A stretch of DNA of 64,000 bases from Macrostomum lignano. Its lineage: Eukaryota. Location: the NCBI GenBank assembly GCA_002269645.1, contig NIVC01000975.1:1-64000 (forward strand). Direction: 5' to 3'. The position numbers and the translations under genes were made by a program. Below, piece by piece: positions 1 to 12,600 of this stretch. How positions within the stretch are numbered: position 1 is the stretch's first letter; each line of letters starts with the position of its first letter. The notes under the pieces were generated by a model, which was not told where the DNA came from, did not search any database, and worked only from the letters and a program-made list of their open reading frames with translations.

Positions 1-3000
1 TAGACAGTTGAATTTAGCATCGGAGCGCCGAACTCCCCGTCGGCTGGTTGTTTGATGACGTAGCTAAAAACAAAATTTACTTTCGTTTAGTTTTGCTACT
101 TTCAGTAGTACACAGTTCTCGTTAGTTTAAGCAATACTCCTCACCGAAATTCCATTTTCTCAGCTAGGAAGTTAAGTACGTCCATTATAAATCCTTTGAT
201 TTGCACCGTGTGTTTGCGGATCTAGACACGTAGCTCGTCAGTGGTACTTGCTGCAACAAAAAATAATCATGCTCATATTTTGTTAGTTCATTAATGTGCA
301 ACAGTGAGATGCCTACCTCCGGTGCGCAAATGGTGATGGTCTCGTTCTTGAAGCCAGAAAGGTGTTGGGGAAGACCAGCTGCTCAGACCGGTAGCTGAAC
401 AGTTTGCTCAGCTCACGCGCTGGAACACGTCGAACGCGGCTGATCGAAGGAACTCCAGCGGTGAGGACTTCAACTTGTTGTAAGAAGCGACCAGCTCTAG
501 ACCCTGCGAGTCGAGGTGTCTGGTGCTGGCGTTGAAGGACGTTCGACCTCTCAGCTGTGGGATGGCGAACAGGTATGAGTAGGATTTGACTCGACTATTC
601 AGTTCTGTTAATCTAGCGAAGCTTCAATCTATTGCTAGCTCACAGCGATCAGTTGAGCCATCACGAAGCTACCGTGCCTCCAGGGTTGCAGAGGCAGACA
701 GGAGGCATTGCTGGGCTGGAATCCGGCAACAGCAGCGACTGATTCAGTGCGCGCAGATACAGCTTCCAAAACTTTTACAAATTGAACGTCCAAGGTCTGC
801 GGGGAGAGATGCGTTGATTCTATGTCCTTGCTTTTAATGGCACTGTTATACTCGATACTATTAGTATCAAATGCTATTTGAATAAAACTTTCATTCACTT
901 TTGGACTGGTTTCTCCTTGGCTTAAAATAGTGAGCTGTGGAGAGTGAGCTAACGTCCTTTTTTGTGAGTAGGCCTCAACAACTATAGCAGAATATCACGA
1001 GCTGCCTTTGAAATTGAGCTTTGTCTGCGTTCTGGGGAAGTGACTTTGCAGGTTGAACAATGGAAGGTCTCACATCCTTGATGCAATCCTCAGACATCTA
1101 CTCCTCGCATCATCACATCCTTGATGCAATCCTCAGACACTCTCGCATGATGCATCTCAGACATTCCGTATCTCACATCCTTGATGCAATCTCAGACACT
1201 TCTGTATCTCACATCCTTGATGCAATCCTCGACACTTCTGTATCTCACATCCTTGATGCAATCCTCAGACATGCTGCATCCATCCATCAATCCTCAGTGC
1301 TGCATCCATCGTCCATTGCCATCTCGAGTCCTTACTCCCAGCTCACCCGCAAGCTCCGGCCGTCTCCAACTTCAAGCAGGTCCGTGCAGGCGGTTGAGCA
1401 CTCGGCCGTGGCTCCTCTGAGCAGCGCCACATTGGCGCCAGCCGAGGCGGCCAGCGAAGCCGCCAGCGGGCCCGTGGAGAGGCCGCCGCCGTCCAGCAGC
1501 AGCCAGAAATAATTCTGCCCGAGCACCGCCGCGTCGGCCGCACGTCGCAGCGTTTCGATCGCGTTGGCCGGCGTTGCCAATAGCAACAGACGGCGGACTC
1601 GCTTGCGGACGAGGCTGCGCAGACGCGACGTCAGGTTGGAGGAGGCCGTAGCTGTCGAGTCCAGCTGCAGGCGAAGCTGCCGACTCCAACTCGAGACAGG
1701 CGGACTGCAGCCGCTCGAGCACTGCCTGATCTATATAGTGATGTTTTCGAACTGTTAATGACAGTACCGCATACAAAACTAGACAGCTAGTCCAACCTAG
1801 GACAGTCAACGTACTTTGTTCAGCGTCGTACAGTATCGCCGCGTAGCTTCCTGGCACGCGGCGAATCGACTGCATCGTTGCTACCGCCGCTCTGACAAAA
1901 TCCTCGGTCGATTGAGTACCGAAGATGGTGAAGCTTTCGCCTATTGTAATATTCAGATTGGGTTAATGTCTTTAAATTCAAATGTTTTTTGCGCAAATCA
2001 AGGGGCAACCATAGAAGTTACAGTGAGATGGCAAATGTACCTTTTTAAAGTTCTTAACAGAACTACCGGGGGTAATTTCCCCTGTTTTTTGCAATGCAGC
2101 CACATGAAATTCCAGAACACTGACTAAATTTCTTTTGCGCACCTTCTCAAACAAGAATCAAGTCACCAGTCCTCAGGACGCGTCGAGATATTCAATGATT
2201 CTGTCAAAAGGTTGGACTTTTCGTATAAGCGCTACTGAATTCAATACACCCGTAGCACTGAGCCTCAATGCGGCCTTATAAAGCCTTCAAATTTCAAACC
2301 GCATGTGTCTGCATGCTTCAGCTCTGACTTCGTTGGTCACTGGCCTTCACTCAGGTGGGAATTCAAAAGTGGCACTAAGTGACTATGGACACCCTGTTGC
2401 GAATTTCTCTAGTTTCGTTGTTCAAGCTTCAATAATGGGCAAACCTCAACTGCTAGATCTTCGTTCTCACTGCTTTGTCAGTCATGTCTAAATGAAAATC
2501 TAAAGGTGAAACTATAGAGCCACAATGGACCAAATGATGCTTGTTGGACCAGATAAATGCTGCTGTGCCAGCCTTGTTACCATAGACGAAAGCTCCACTA
2601 CTTTGGCAAAAATACCTTAGATTAAATTCAATGCGTGTACGCCCAAATGGGCTGCAAAATGCTATACTTTTTCAACCTTTTTCTTGCTAGACTTCGACAA
2701 AGCATGCGCTTACTTCAATTTGGAATTCGAAACGACTGTTGAAAATTGAAAATTCAGAGCTAAAATACTGGAAACTTTCTGTCTCACTAAACTTTTACCG
2801 CGAAACCCGGCATCCAGCCAAATTATCGCGATTTTGCGAGAGAAGCGTCATTCTGCGTCAGGCTCCATACCGTAGCTTCCAGTGGTCCTTGGCACCAAAC
2901 AACTGGATAGTTAAAGTTCTTGCGTTGACTCACCGCTCCAGTCGCAACCCAATTCGATTGGCAAAGCCAGCAGTGGAAGCTGCAGCGAGGTGGCCAGCGG

Positions 3001-3024
3001 TTCAGCTGTTTCAGCAGGCGGCAT
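1..3024 (-). pseudogene. Ionotropic glutamate receptor-like gene (N-terminal domain plus start of S1), multi-exon, with several frameshifts; continues past the left edge. Pseudogene or consensus-error region.
   Basis: Hand-spliced minus-strand exons with GT/AG ends and compatible phases. 1815-1940: ...FVRAAVATMQSIRRVPGSYAAILYDAEQ. ~1347-1750: VLERLQ...RLRSLVRKRVRRLLLLATPANAIETLRRAADAAVLGQNYFWLLL. 644-796: ...SCLPLQPWRHGSFVMAQLIA. 317-554: LRGRTSFN...LVFPNTF/GFKNETITICAPE. 145-250: ...KGFIMDVLNFLAEKMEF. <1-63: YVIKQPADGEFGAPMLNST. These match iGluR ATD and S1 motifs (GFxxDLLxxLAxxLNF, YxIxxxxDGxYG). Possible first exon 2934-3024 (ATG to GTGAGT donor) is less certain. Confidence 0.72.
1069..1270. 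repeat. 36-bp minisatellite, ~5 degenerate copies, in an iGluR-like intron
   Basis: Unit TCTCACATCCTTGATGCAATCCTC(A)GACACTTCTGTA. Confidence 0.85.
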
Positions 3025-3139
3025 CGGCCGGCTGAGATGATAGCGGCGAGGCCTGACTCGCTGCACACTTTTGGTGAATTTTTTATGCATTGCTGTAGAA
3101 TTAAGCTCTTTAGCTTAAAAAAAACTTACGACGACTCTT

Positions 3140-3497
3140 GAGCACATGACCATAATACTGTACACTGCTCACGCAGGGTGTACAAGCGTCCCCGACTTTC
3201 TAATCGTCAGGCATTTACACTCGCCTGTGCTTTGGGGGTTGGCCCTGATGATTGTGAACTACTGCGTGGCCCATCTGAAGGCTGCGGTACGACTGGTTAG
3301 TCCAAGGACGGGGGGTCGCCACACAAACCCTCAATTGCCCCAGCAAATGCTTGTCCTATTTTACAGCTGGGTGAACTGAAGCAATGCAGAGTTAAATATC
3401 TTGCTTAAGGACACAAATTGTTCCAAGTTGGTCGAGAATCGAACCCCCGACCTTTCATGGGTGAGTCCGACGCTCTAACCACAAGGCTACAACCCCT
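3140..3497 (-). mobile_element. tRNA-derived SINE with a CORE (MIR-like) domain
   Basis: Minus-strand head has A box TAGCCTTGTGG and B box GGTTCGATTC. Plus strand 3355-3414 (CCTATTTTACAGCTGGGTGAACTGAAGC...GTTAAATATCTTGCTTAAGGACACA) resembles the MIR/CORE antisense consensus CCCATTTTACAGATGAGGAAACTGAGG...GTTAAGTGACTTGCCCAAGGTCACA. The 3' tail is shared with the SINEs at 29.2 kb and 31.0 kb. Confidence 0.7.
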
Positions 3498-6400
3498 CTC
3501 CCAAACTCTATAGCATGCATGTAATTAGACCAGCCCATATCAGTGACCACTCACAAGATTTTGCCGCCTCCAACCCGTCCGATGTTCGGACAGTTATCGC
3601 TCTGACCTCGTGACCCGTCAGCAGCCTCCAGTTCTCGTTGACGCGGCGTTGCACAGCCAAGTTGATCAGCGAGTCGCTCAGCAGGTCCGCTCAGTTACTA
3701 CGGCGATTTTCAAGACGAGGGTGTCACCTAAGGGACCAGTTTACGACAAGATATAATTTGGTGATTAATTGAGTCGCCATAGCGATTTTTATCACAAATC
3801 TGTGTTACCTGAATGGTTGCCGTTCAGAACAATTAGATGCACCAGCAGACACAGCAGACTAGTTGGAGTTAAGTTCGTCTGGGTAGGCATTAATGAGGCA
3901 AGTCAAAAGCTGTATGTAAAATTAAAGCTGATGGCTTTACCCTGTCAGGCTTAAGTTTAAGTCTGTTTTAATAAGCCCAGCTCAGTTCTGCCCAAGGTAC
4001 GCTCGTATGCGATTGGTTCTCGCTAGAGCATTGTCGGTATGTAGGTGAGCAACTTTCCGTGTACTAGTATAATCCCAATCCACTGAGTGTTTAGTGTTTA
4101 TTCAACAATAAGGATTCAATGCAGTAAAGAGATCTACAGACAATCTTTGAAGTTAACTGCGTATTTCATGAGGATGTTGTTGAGGCCGAGATTCTTTATG
4201 AGAATATGGGAACTACATTAGCCTAAACACCAAGGTACATCGGCTGTTTTCTGTGTGCCTCTTCACAGTCTCCCCTCTAGTGTTGGCAATCAATCCATCT
4301 ATGGGGGAATTTTGTTTATCTAACAACCTGAGAGCGTCGATAGAATGGATTTCTCATATGCGCCGTCAGGACTGCGCAGTGCCTACACAACTGTATATGG
4401 CCCCTGGCATTGCCCGGCCATGTTGACTTAGGGAATTCGGAATGAATCTAAGCTGCCCAATACAGGCTGGGATCCGCGATTCAACACTATGGAAACAGTA
4501 ATTTGAACAGAATCCCTTTTGTTGATCCTATATAGTAAATAATATTGTATCATATTTATAATATCATACTCTATAACACATATGCAAGTCTTCTCTTCAG
4601 ATGAACACAGAGTAAGATGTACACAGAAACGTAAAATGTTACGCTTCATGTCCATACATAAAGTCCATGTGTGCATTAATAAAGCAATTTTTTAGACGGA
4701 TATAAATTTGTAAAGAAACGAAATAGAGAGTATATTTATCTGAATGGCTTCTGAACCGTGGCTATTGTGACAGTGTGATTCGTAGAAGCGTGTATCGTAT
4801 TTCTTTATTTTCATATGCATACCGTATTCTTTCATTTATTTTAACAATATTCGTACGTATTATTATCGCGCTATTTTTACTGTTAATTGCTTTGGTTTTG
4901 TAGCCTCGTATGTATTTATTCTATTATTTGTATTTCATTCATATCGTTATTATTTCTCGTAAAGTAGTTCTACCTATGTACATGTACTGACGTATGTTAT
5001 TCTTGCATGATATATTTATCGATTAATTTGTACATGTACATTGCGCGCCGCGTGGGGGTTGTTTGTCTGGGTTTTGGATTAAGGGTGTTGTTGTTATCTG
5101 TTTACCTTTAAATATATGCTTACACTGCAGTCAGCAGCCGCTCTCGCCCTTCCCCTTGCTTCGCTTCTAGACCTAGGCTCGCTAACCCTTAGCTGTGACG
5201 CTGTCTGGCCTCCTTACACCAACTCTTCCGCCGTCTACCTTGGCACACCAATTAGTTAATTAACTGATCCAGCAATTTTAAGTAGCACTAGCAAAAGTCT
5301 AAGGGTTGAAGCGGCTTGCCGATCTGCTAACTAATCGTGAACTATCTAAATTAACCGCTACACAAATCCATCTTATTCGCCTTATTCGTCACACTATATC
5401 TCATTACATAAAAACTTTTAAATACGTTTAATTTATCCAGGAGAGTAAGGATCGTTGCTGTTTGTCACTCTGATCATAGCATTTCTCCTCGATCATTTAC
5501 AGCTACCAACATATACTGCAAAGTTTACTGTTGTGTTAGCAACTATTAGAATAGCAGTATAGAATCCGCATGGTCATACAAAGTTTAATATTTAAGTAGA
5601 TAGATCATGTTCGCTTCATTTTCAGCAGTTTACAAATAAATTTTGACTCTTCATGAGCGGCTTGATCAATTTTTTAATTGAATTCATCTTATAACTAAAA
5701 GTCATAAGTTTTTCAGAAGGACTATTGGAAATAGATAATACATTTTCAGTCTGAGATGCATAGAAAAAACCTATGTTTTCATCGAATTCCAATTCGGTTT
5801 TGCATTACAAACCGAGTTATAATTTCAAGCGTAAAAAACTGAGGCCGTTTTTTGCTTTTTTAAACATCTTTCGTTTCCTAATCATAAAAATGAGGGGATA
5901 CAGGAAGATCTATCCCCGTATAACCTCCAAGCTACGCTAACAACGCTATGTCGTCGTGGTATGCTTACAACTGGCTTAGAAATACAGTTTGACAGGCTTT
6001 TTTTCTAAAAAAGGTTTGCGTAATCAATAAATTACGTTAAAAAAGAATAGTTATATCCTTCTTAAAAACAAAATGCAGTGCTCAAGTAGAGAAACTGAAT
6101 ATGTTTTGTTTTACCCTAAGAACCTAAAAACTTATATATTTAATTTTTTCGATAAAAATATACTTAGAAATGGCTCTCTCGCGCTGACTTACTGTGAATG
6201 AAATACACCCCAGTTGCTGAATCCCTTGTTAAACCAGGTCAACCAAAGTAAATTCTTTCTTAATTTTTTGCAAAACAACTTACGCCGCAGATTTCATGCC
6301 TAAGCTGCATAAAATGGACTGTCAAAAATTAGTTAGATTGATTGTCTGATACTCTAACTGTATGACTATAGCTTGATTATTTGATTGATTGATTGATTAT

Positions 6401-8069
6401 AGGCCTAGCTGAATATAAAAACATAAATGATTTCATGCTCATTGAATTACATAGTGATTTTATAACTTGCAAAATTGTTCCTGATATAAACTTTTATATT
6501 TATACAGAATTTAACTAGTCTAATTTTTAAAAAATTAACAGAGAAGTAATGTATTATTGTAATTTGTAAAGTAATGTATTTTTATCTTGGCATTACATAT
6601 TGTATAATAATTTTAATTATAATATTTATTCATTTTTTACTATTTCTTCCTCAATTTCATTGCATAAAATAGTATGAAAAACATTTATTCTATGTTTTTC
6701 TTAAATTTTATTCTTTGAGGGCCACACTCTAGATCATATCTCTGGATCTAGATAAAAAAATTGGGTGTGCATCGGCCTTGTATGCCAAAAGTTGGCATGC
6801 AAGACTCTTAAGAAAATAGTATATATGTATACCTGGTATGTATTTCATAGAATCATACCAAAAAGTTAGTGTTATTTATAAGTGAAAAAAAATCATTTTG
6901 AAAAATTCATTTTTAAGCATAAATTTCAAGCTTTCTAGTTTTTAAGTGCGTAACAATAGCATATATAAAAATGTTTATGTATGCCAGTTTTCCTTTTTCT
7001 ATTAAAGATTTTCTACTAAAGATAGTATAAGCAAGAATGATAAAAAAACAACCAAATTATTTATACAAAAAGGATTCTTTAATGCAATACAAAAAGGTCA
7101 CTTACCTTGTCAAAATAAAAAGGTCATTTATTGTTGCAATACTGGCATAGATATAAGAGTATAGGTATGCATTATTTTTTGGCATGTATTTTTAACTATT
7201 CAATTTTTGTTTGGGCCTGCACCAAGCATTATCTAAACTATGTCTTAGTAGGGGACCTACAAATTATTTTTTATATTATAAGAAGTAAAAAAATAGAATA
7301 AGGAAAAAAGTATATTAAGACAAATAGCGAGAAATACATAAAAAACTGAAATAAATAGTTTAATGGAAAAAATGATAAAAAATAAAGACAAAGAAAGAAA
7401 AGAAGAGAGAAAAATCAATAGAAGCAGAAATATATAGAGATTTTAAAAATGAAAAGAAAGATTATAGCCTAATAGTCTACAAACAAACAAGCAAGATTTT
7501 CATTTTTAGTATATAGACAGAACTTATATATCAATGCCAATGGCCAAAAATAGTCATATTAATCTCATATACTAAAAATTTAAGGCTAAATTGGAATCTT
7601 AGCTTAGGTTTGATTGTGCAATTAATGCCTTTGAGTCTTTACCCCTAAGGCAAAGCACAATGAAATATACATGCCAAATATATGAGCCTATATATAAAGT
7701 TAAGACATATACTTATTAAGTATATGCCTATGTAAAAACATATATGTATCTGCATACCTGTAGATCTACTTAGGGAAGTTGGTAGAATAAACAGTAATAT
7801 CTTTTCTTAATTCAATTGAAAGTAACAATGTTGTATAAATTATACCATGGTATATATAGCCTCCTTTGTCTTCAAGTAACTTAAAACTAGAGAAAAAGGG
7901 AGGTGGAAGTAGATAAAATGAGAGCAAGACAATAAATTAGATAGTAAGGGAGCAAGACAGAAGTAGATAGGAGAGCAGAGGCGTGTTACATGAAAGGAAG
8001 AAAGAAGGAAGTGTTACATGAAAAAAGGGCCAATTAGATTCAATGAATGCATCCACCAACATTGCATAG

Positions 8070-8876
8070 TCGCCAAAGCCGCCGCCGCCACCGTCGCCAT
8101 TGGCGGCAGCAACAGCAGCAACAGCGGCTCCAAGCTGCAGCCTTGAACTGCCTGAGCTGCCAAGGCGCCGCAACAGCGACACTCCGGTGACCGTCTCGCT
8201 TCAGCTAGAGGTCAGCAACCATCCGCCAGAGTTGTTGGCATCCCTGAATGCCCTCCGTTGTGAGGCTGCCTTCACTGATGTCGCCCTAGAGGCGGACACG
8301 TGCACACTGCACGCGCACCGAGCCCTGCTAGCGGCCGCTTCGCCCTACTTCCGGGCGATGTTCTCCAGCCAGTTCAAGGAGGGCGCCGCTTCTACAGTCA
8401 GCGTCACCAGTGTATCCGGGGAGACCCTCAGGCTCATAGTGGAATACGTGTACACCAGCAAGATAGAGATCACCACTGACAATGTGCAGGATTTGACTGT
8501 CGGCTGTAAACTATTGCATTTCCCTTTGATACTTCATCAATGCGTCAGCTTCCTGATGCATCATTTGGACTCGACTAACGCTGTAACCATGGAGCAGTTC
8601 GCGGCGGCTTACGATTTTGTTGAACTACGGGAAGAAGCTCGACAACGCGTGTTGGAAAATTTTGCCAGCCTAGCAGAGTCGAACGAACTGGCCGAGTTGA
8701 CCTTGGAACAGCTGACCGGCTGTCTGCAGTCGGACGATCTGTTTGTCCGATCGGAGGACGAGGTCGCTCGAGCTGTGCTGCGCTGGGTCGGCCACCGGCC
8801 GGTTGAGAGATCGCAACATCTGAGCGGCCTGCTTCTGGGCTCTCGGCTGAGCTGTTTGAGTCGAGAATTTATTCAG
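8070..8876 (+). CDS. Kelch-like (BTB-BACK-Kelch) protein, first visible coding exon (BTB + BACK); start codon probably in an unseen upstream exon
   Basis: FTDVAL...LHAHRALLAAASPYFRAMF (BTB) and LQSDDLFVRSEDEVARAVLRWV (BACK). Acceptor GCATAG at 8069 has an in-frame stop just upstream. Phase-0 donor CAG|GTCTGT at 8876/8877. Confidence 0.88.
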
Positions 8877-8954
8877 GTCTGTGTTTTCCCAATGAATCGA
8901 TTGGTAGATACGTCATTGACCTTCATTTGTAATCTTTACCTGGGACCTTAACCA

Positions 8955-9268
8955 TCTTTGTCACCTTGGCTAGATTAGTGGAATCCTGTCTGTGTGACCT
9001 TGACTAGATTAGTGGAATCCTGTCTGTGAGACCTTGACTAGATTAGTGGAATCCTGTCTGTGTGACCTTGGCTAGATTAGGGGAATCCTGTCTGTGTGAC
9101 CTTGGCTAGATTAGGGGAATCCTGTCTGTGTGACCTTGGCTAGATTAGTGGAATCCTGTCTGTGTGACCTTGGCTAGATTAGGGGAATCCTGTCTGTGTG
9201 ACCTTGGCTAGATTAGTGGAATCCTGTCTGTGACCTTGACTAGATCAGGGGAATCCTGTCTGTGTGAC
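8955..9268. repeat. 34-bp minisatellite, left part, interrupted by the LTR element
   Basis: Unit GACCTTG(G/A)CTAGATTAG(T/G)GGAATCCTGTCTGTGT, ~9 copies. Confidence 0.92.
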
Positions 9269-9509
9269 TGTTGTGTATTGAACGCGTGGGTTTTTTTGCG
9301 AGCGAGAGTTGAGAAAAAAGAATTGTGGAGTCTCGACTGACTCCGCCGCTTTATATTTGTTAGTAAATGAAGCGTGCACGTTGGGTGTATACACCTGGCA
9401 GATTGGCTATATGTTACGCAATGATTTGAGTTGAATACAATTCTGTTGAAACATAAATACGGTACGACTGAAGTACTCAATACTTGTACTTAGTACTCAC
9501 GCCACAACA
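9269..9509 (-). repeat. 3' LTR
   Basis: TGTTGTG...CACAACA; no differences from 13472-13712 seen by eye. Confidence 0.96.
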
Positions 9510-9517
9510 TCCTCCCC
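9510..9517 (-). promoter_or_regulatory. Polypurine tract (short)
   Basis: Minus strand GGGGAGGA directly abutting the 3' LTR. Confidence 0.7.
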
Positions 9518-9616
9518 ACATGAGATTCCCCTAAGTAATCGCATGTCAGTTCGGTACATCATACACGGTTCAGTTCGGGTAGCGCATTGGCGGGCGACGC
9601 TCGCGCTCTGACCTTC

Positions 9617-12600
9617 TCAGCACCGGCGGGGGTGCCGGCGGTCCCCAGCGAGATCATCAGGCGGTCCTGGCGGATCCACCTCCGGGCCGCCGCCACCTTC
9701 GTCGAGCTGCGCGTCGCCGTCGTCGTCGCTTCCTTTGCCAGGTCCGGCCGGCACGCAGCGCCGCAGGTGCCACCGCTTGCCGTTTTCGAGCAGCACAGTT
9801 GTCTTGAATCGCTTGCGAACCCGGAACGGCCCAGCGAGCTTCGGCTCCAGCTTGCCAGGTGCCACCGGCTTGGAGATGTGCACCCAGGAGCCGTCTTGGA
9901 TGACCGCGGTCCGCGCCGCCGATGCATGCCGCCGACGGTCGGTGTCGCTCTTTGCTCGCTGCTTTGCCGTGGCGATCCGGTCATGAGCCGACATCGTCCG
10001 CTTGGCTTCCGAGTCCGGTTGGAGTGCGAGCAGCGGGGTGCGCATTGGTCGGCCAGTCATGAGCTCGTGTGGACTCGAACCCGTGACGTGCGTTGGGGTC
10101 GCCCTATAGGCCGCGACGACAGCTCGGACGGCCTTGCAGAAGCTCCACCCGGCGACCAAGTGCGCCGTCACGCCCTCGCCGAGAGTGCGGTTGAATCGCT
10201 CGACGTTGCCGTTTTGTTCTGGACAGTACACTGCCGTTCGCTTGTGTTCGATCGCTAGGCTCGCCAGGTACTCGTCGAACTCGCGGCCGAACTGGGGTCC
10301 ATTGTCGGTTGTGATGTTCTTCGGGATGCCCCACCTCGACCAGATGACCTCGAGGAAGTCGACGACTACCTTGGTTGTGACCGATTCTACGAGCGCGACT
10401 TCTGGCCATCGGCTAAACTGATCGATGAGCACGATCGCGAATCGCTGGTGACGCGGCGCCACTCTGAACTCTCCGCAGATATCGAGTTGCAGCTCCTCCC
10501 AGGCTCCTGCTGGCGTGCTGGTGATTGTCATGGGCGGAACGCTTGGTCGAGACGCCTTGCCAGCCAGCGCGCAAGCCGTACAGTCCTTCACCGCCGACTC
10601 GATGTCCTTGTCGATACCGGGCCACCAAGCTGCAGATCGGCACCGCTGCTTGGTCCGCACAATTCCGTGGTGGCCTTCGTGCGCCATATTGAGAACCCGG
10701 TTCTGCAGTGTAGCTGGGATGACGGTAGCCTGGCCACGAGCCACGCAGCCGTCGCCGAACAGGTAGAGTTCGTCCTTTGCGCGGTAGTAGGCTTGCAGCT
10801 CCGGTGCCAGTTGCTTGGACGCCGGCCACCCCTCCTTGATGAAGCGAGAAACCGCTTGCAGGACTTCGTCGCTGGCTGTTTCTTGGCGCACCTCGTCCAG
10901 GTTGTCTGCTGGAGCCAGCTGCGCCATCAGGATTCGGCCGATCTCCTGGTCGTCCGTGTTGCTCTGCGGATCTTCCTGGACGTTTGGTTGTTGCCTAGAC
11001 AGCAGGTCGGCGATAGTGTTGTCTCGGCCGCGTACGTAGCGAATGGTCACCAGGGGGTATGCCCTAAGACGCTCTGTCCACCGAAGGATGCGCAGCGGCC
11101 GGACTCCTTGACTGCCCGCGGTCAGCAGAGTGCTCAGCGTGCTATGGTCTGTGTAGACGGTCACTGGCCGGCCATAGGTGAACAGGTGCCACTTCTCGAC
11201 CGCCCATACGACAGCCAGCGCCTCCTTCTCCCCGACCGAGTAGTTCCGCTCCGGTGAAGTGAGGGACCGCGAGCTGTAGGCAATCGGGTGCTCCTCGCCG
11301 AGCTGTATCTGTGCCAGCACGGCGCCGATGCCGTGGGCACTGGCGTCGCATCGGATGATTGTCTCGGATTTGGGGTCAAATGCCTTTAGGACTGGCGCCA
11401 TGGTCAGCTGCCTCTTGATTTTCTGGAAAGCGCCATCTTGCTCTGGACCCCACGACCACGGCTCATCTTTGCGTAGCAGCCGGCGGATCGGCTCCGTGGT
11501 TTCCGAGTAGGCATGGACGAACCGGCTGTAGAAGTTTGTCGCTCCGAGGAATGCAGCTGCCTCCTTGGTGTTACTCGGCTGAGGCGTCTCCTTGATTGCC
11601 TTCACGTACGAGTCGATCGCTTGGATGCCGTTGCCGGAAATGCGGAAACCATGGAAGTCCACTGCCGGTTGGGCGAAGACGCACTTATCGTTGAGCACGA
11701 TGTTGTTCTCTCGAAGACGTTCTAGTGTCCGACTCAGGTTGTCGTCGTGCTCCTTCTTTGTCTTGCCGCGCACCAGGATGTCATCGACTGCGTTGACCGT
11801 TCCTGGCAGGCCTTGCAGGATGCGAGCCATGGCCTTCTGGAAGAACCCTGCCGCGCTGCTGAGGCCGAACGGGACGCGGCAGAACTGGTACAGGCCTTCG
11901 TCCGTGATAAAAGCTGTTAGGTATCGACTGTCGTGGTGAAGTTCGAACTGGAGGTACCCTGTCTTCATGTCCAGCTTCGAGAAGACTTGTGATCCACGGA
12001 ACTCGGCCGCCAACTCATCGATAGTCGGCGTCGGGTAGGCGTCCGCGACGATCGCCTTGTTGACGTCTCGTAGGTCGATGCAGAGTCGGATTCTACCGTC
12101 GCTCTTGGGGGCGATGACCATGTTGCTCACCCAGGCACTGGCGCTGATCTTCTCGATGATTTTCTCCGCCTCCATTCGGTCAAGTTCCGCTTTTACCGCC
12201 TCCTTCATGGCGAGCGGGATCTTGCGGCGAGCCTGGATCACCGGGTGGGCATCCAGTTTCAACTTCGGTCGGTGCACGATGCCCTTGGCTCGCCTGATTG
12301 GCCCGAAGAGGTCCTTGAAGCTGTCCTGGGGTTTTGAGCCCTCGTCACCGAGATGGTTGATTTGAAGCGACACGCCAAACTTCGGGAAGTCGGAGCGCCC
12401 AAGAAGGCTTGAACTGCCCTCTGCGACTTGAAAACAGACTGAGGCCGTCTTGTCCTTGAACGTGATCGGGAGCGTCGCTGTCCCGTAGGTCCTGATGTGC
12501 GAGCCGCCGTAGGCCACGAGTCGTGCTGGAGGTCCGCTTCCCTTGGTTGCGTGTCGTCGAACTCTCTGGAAGTCGGACCTGCTGATCACCGACACGGAGG

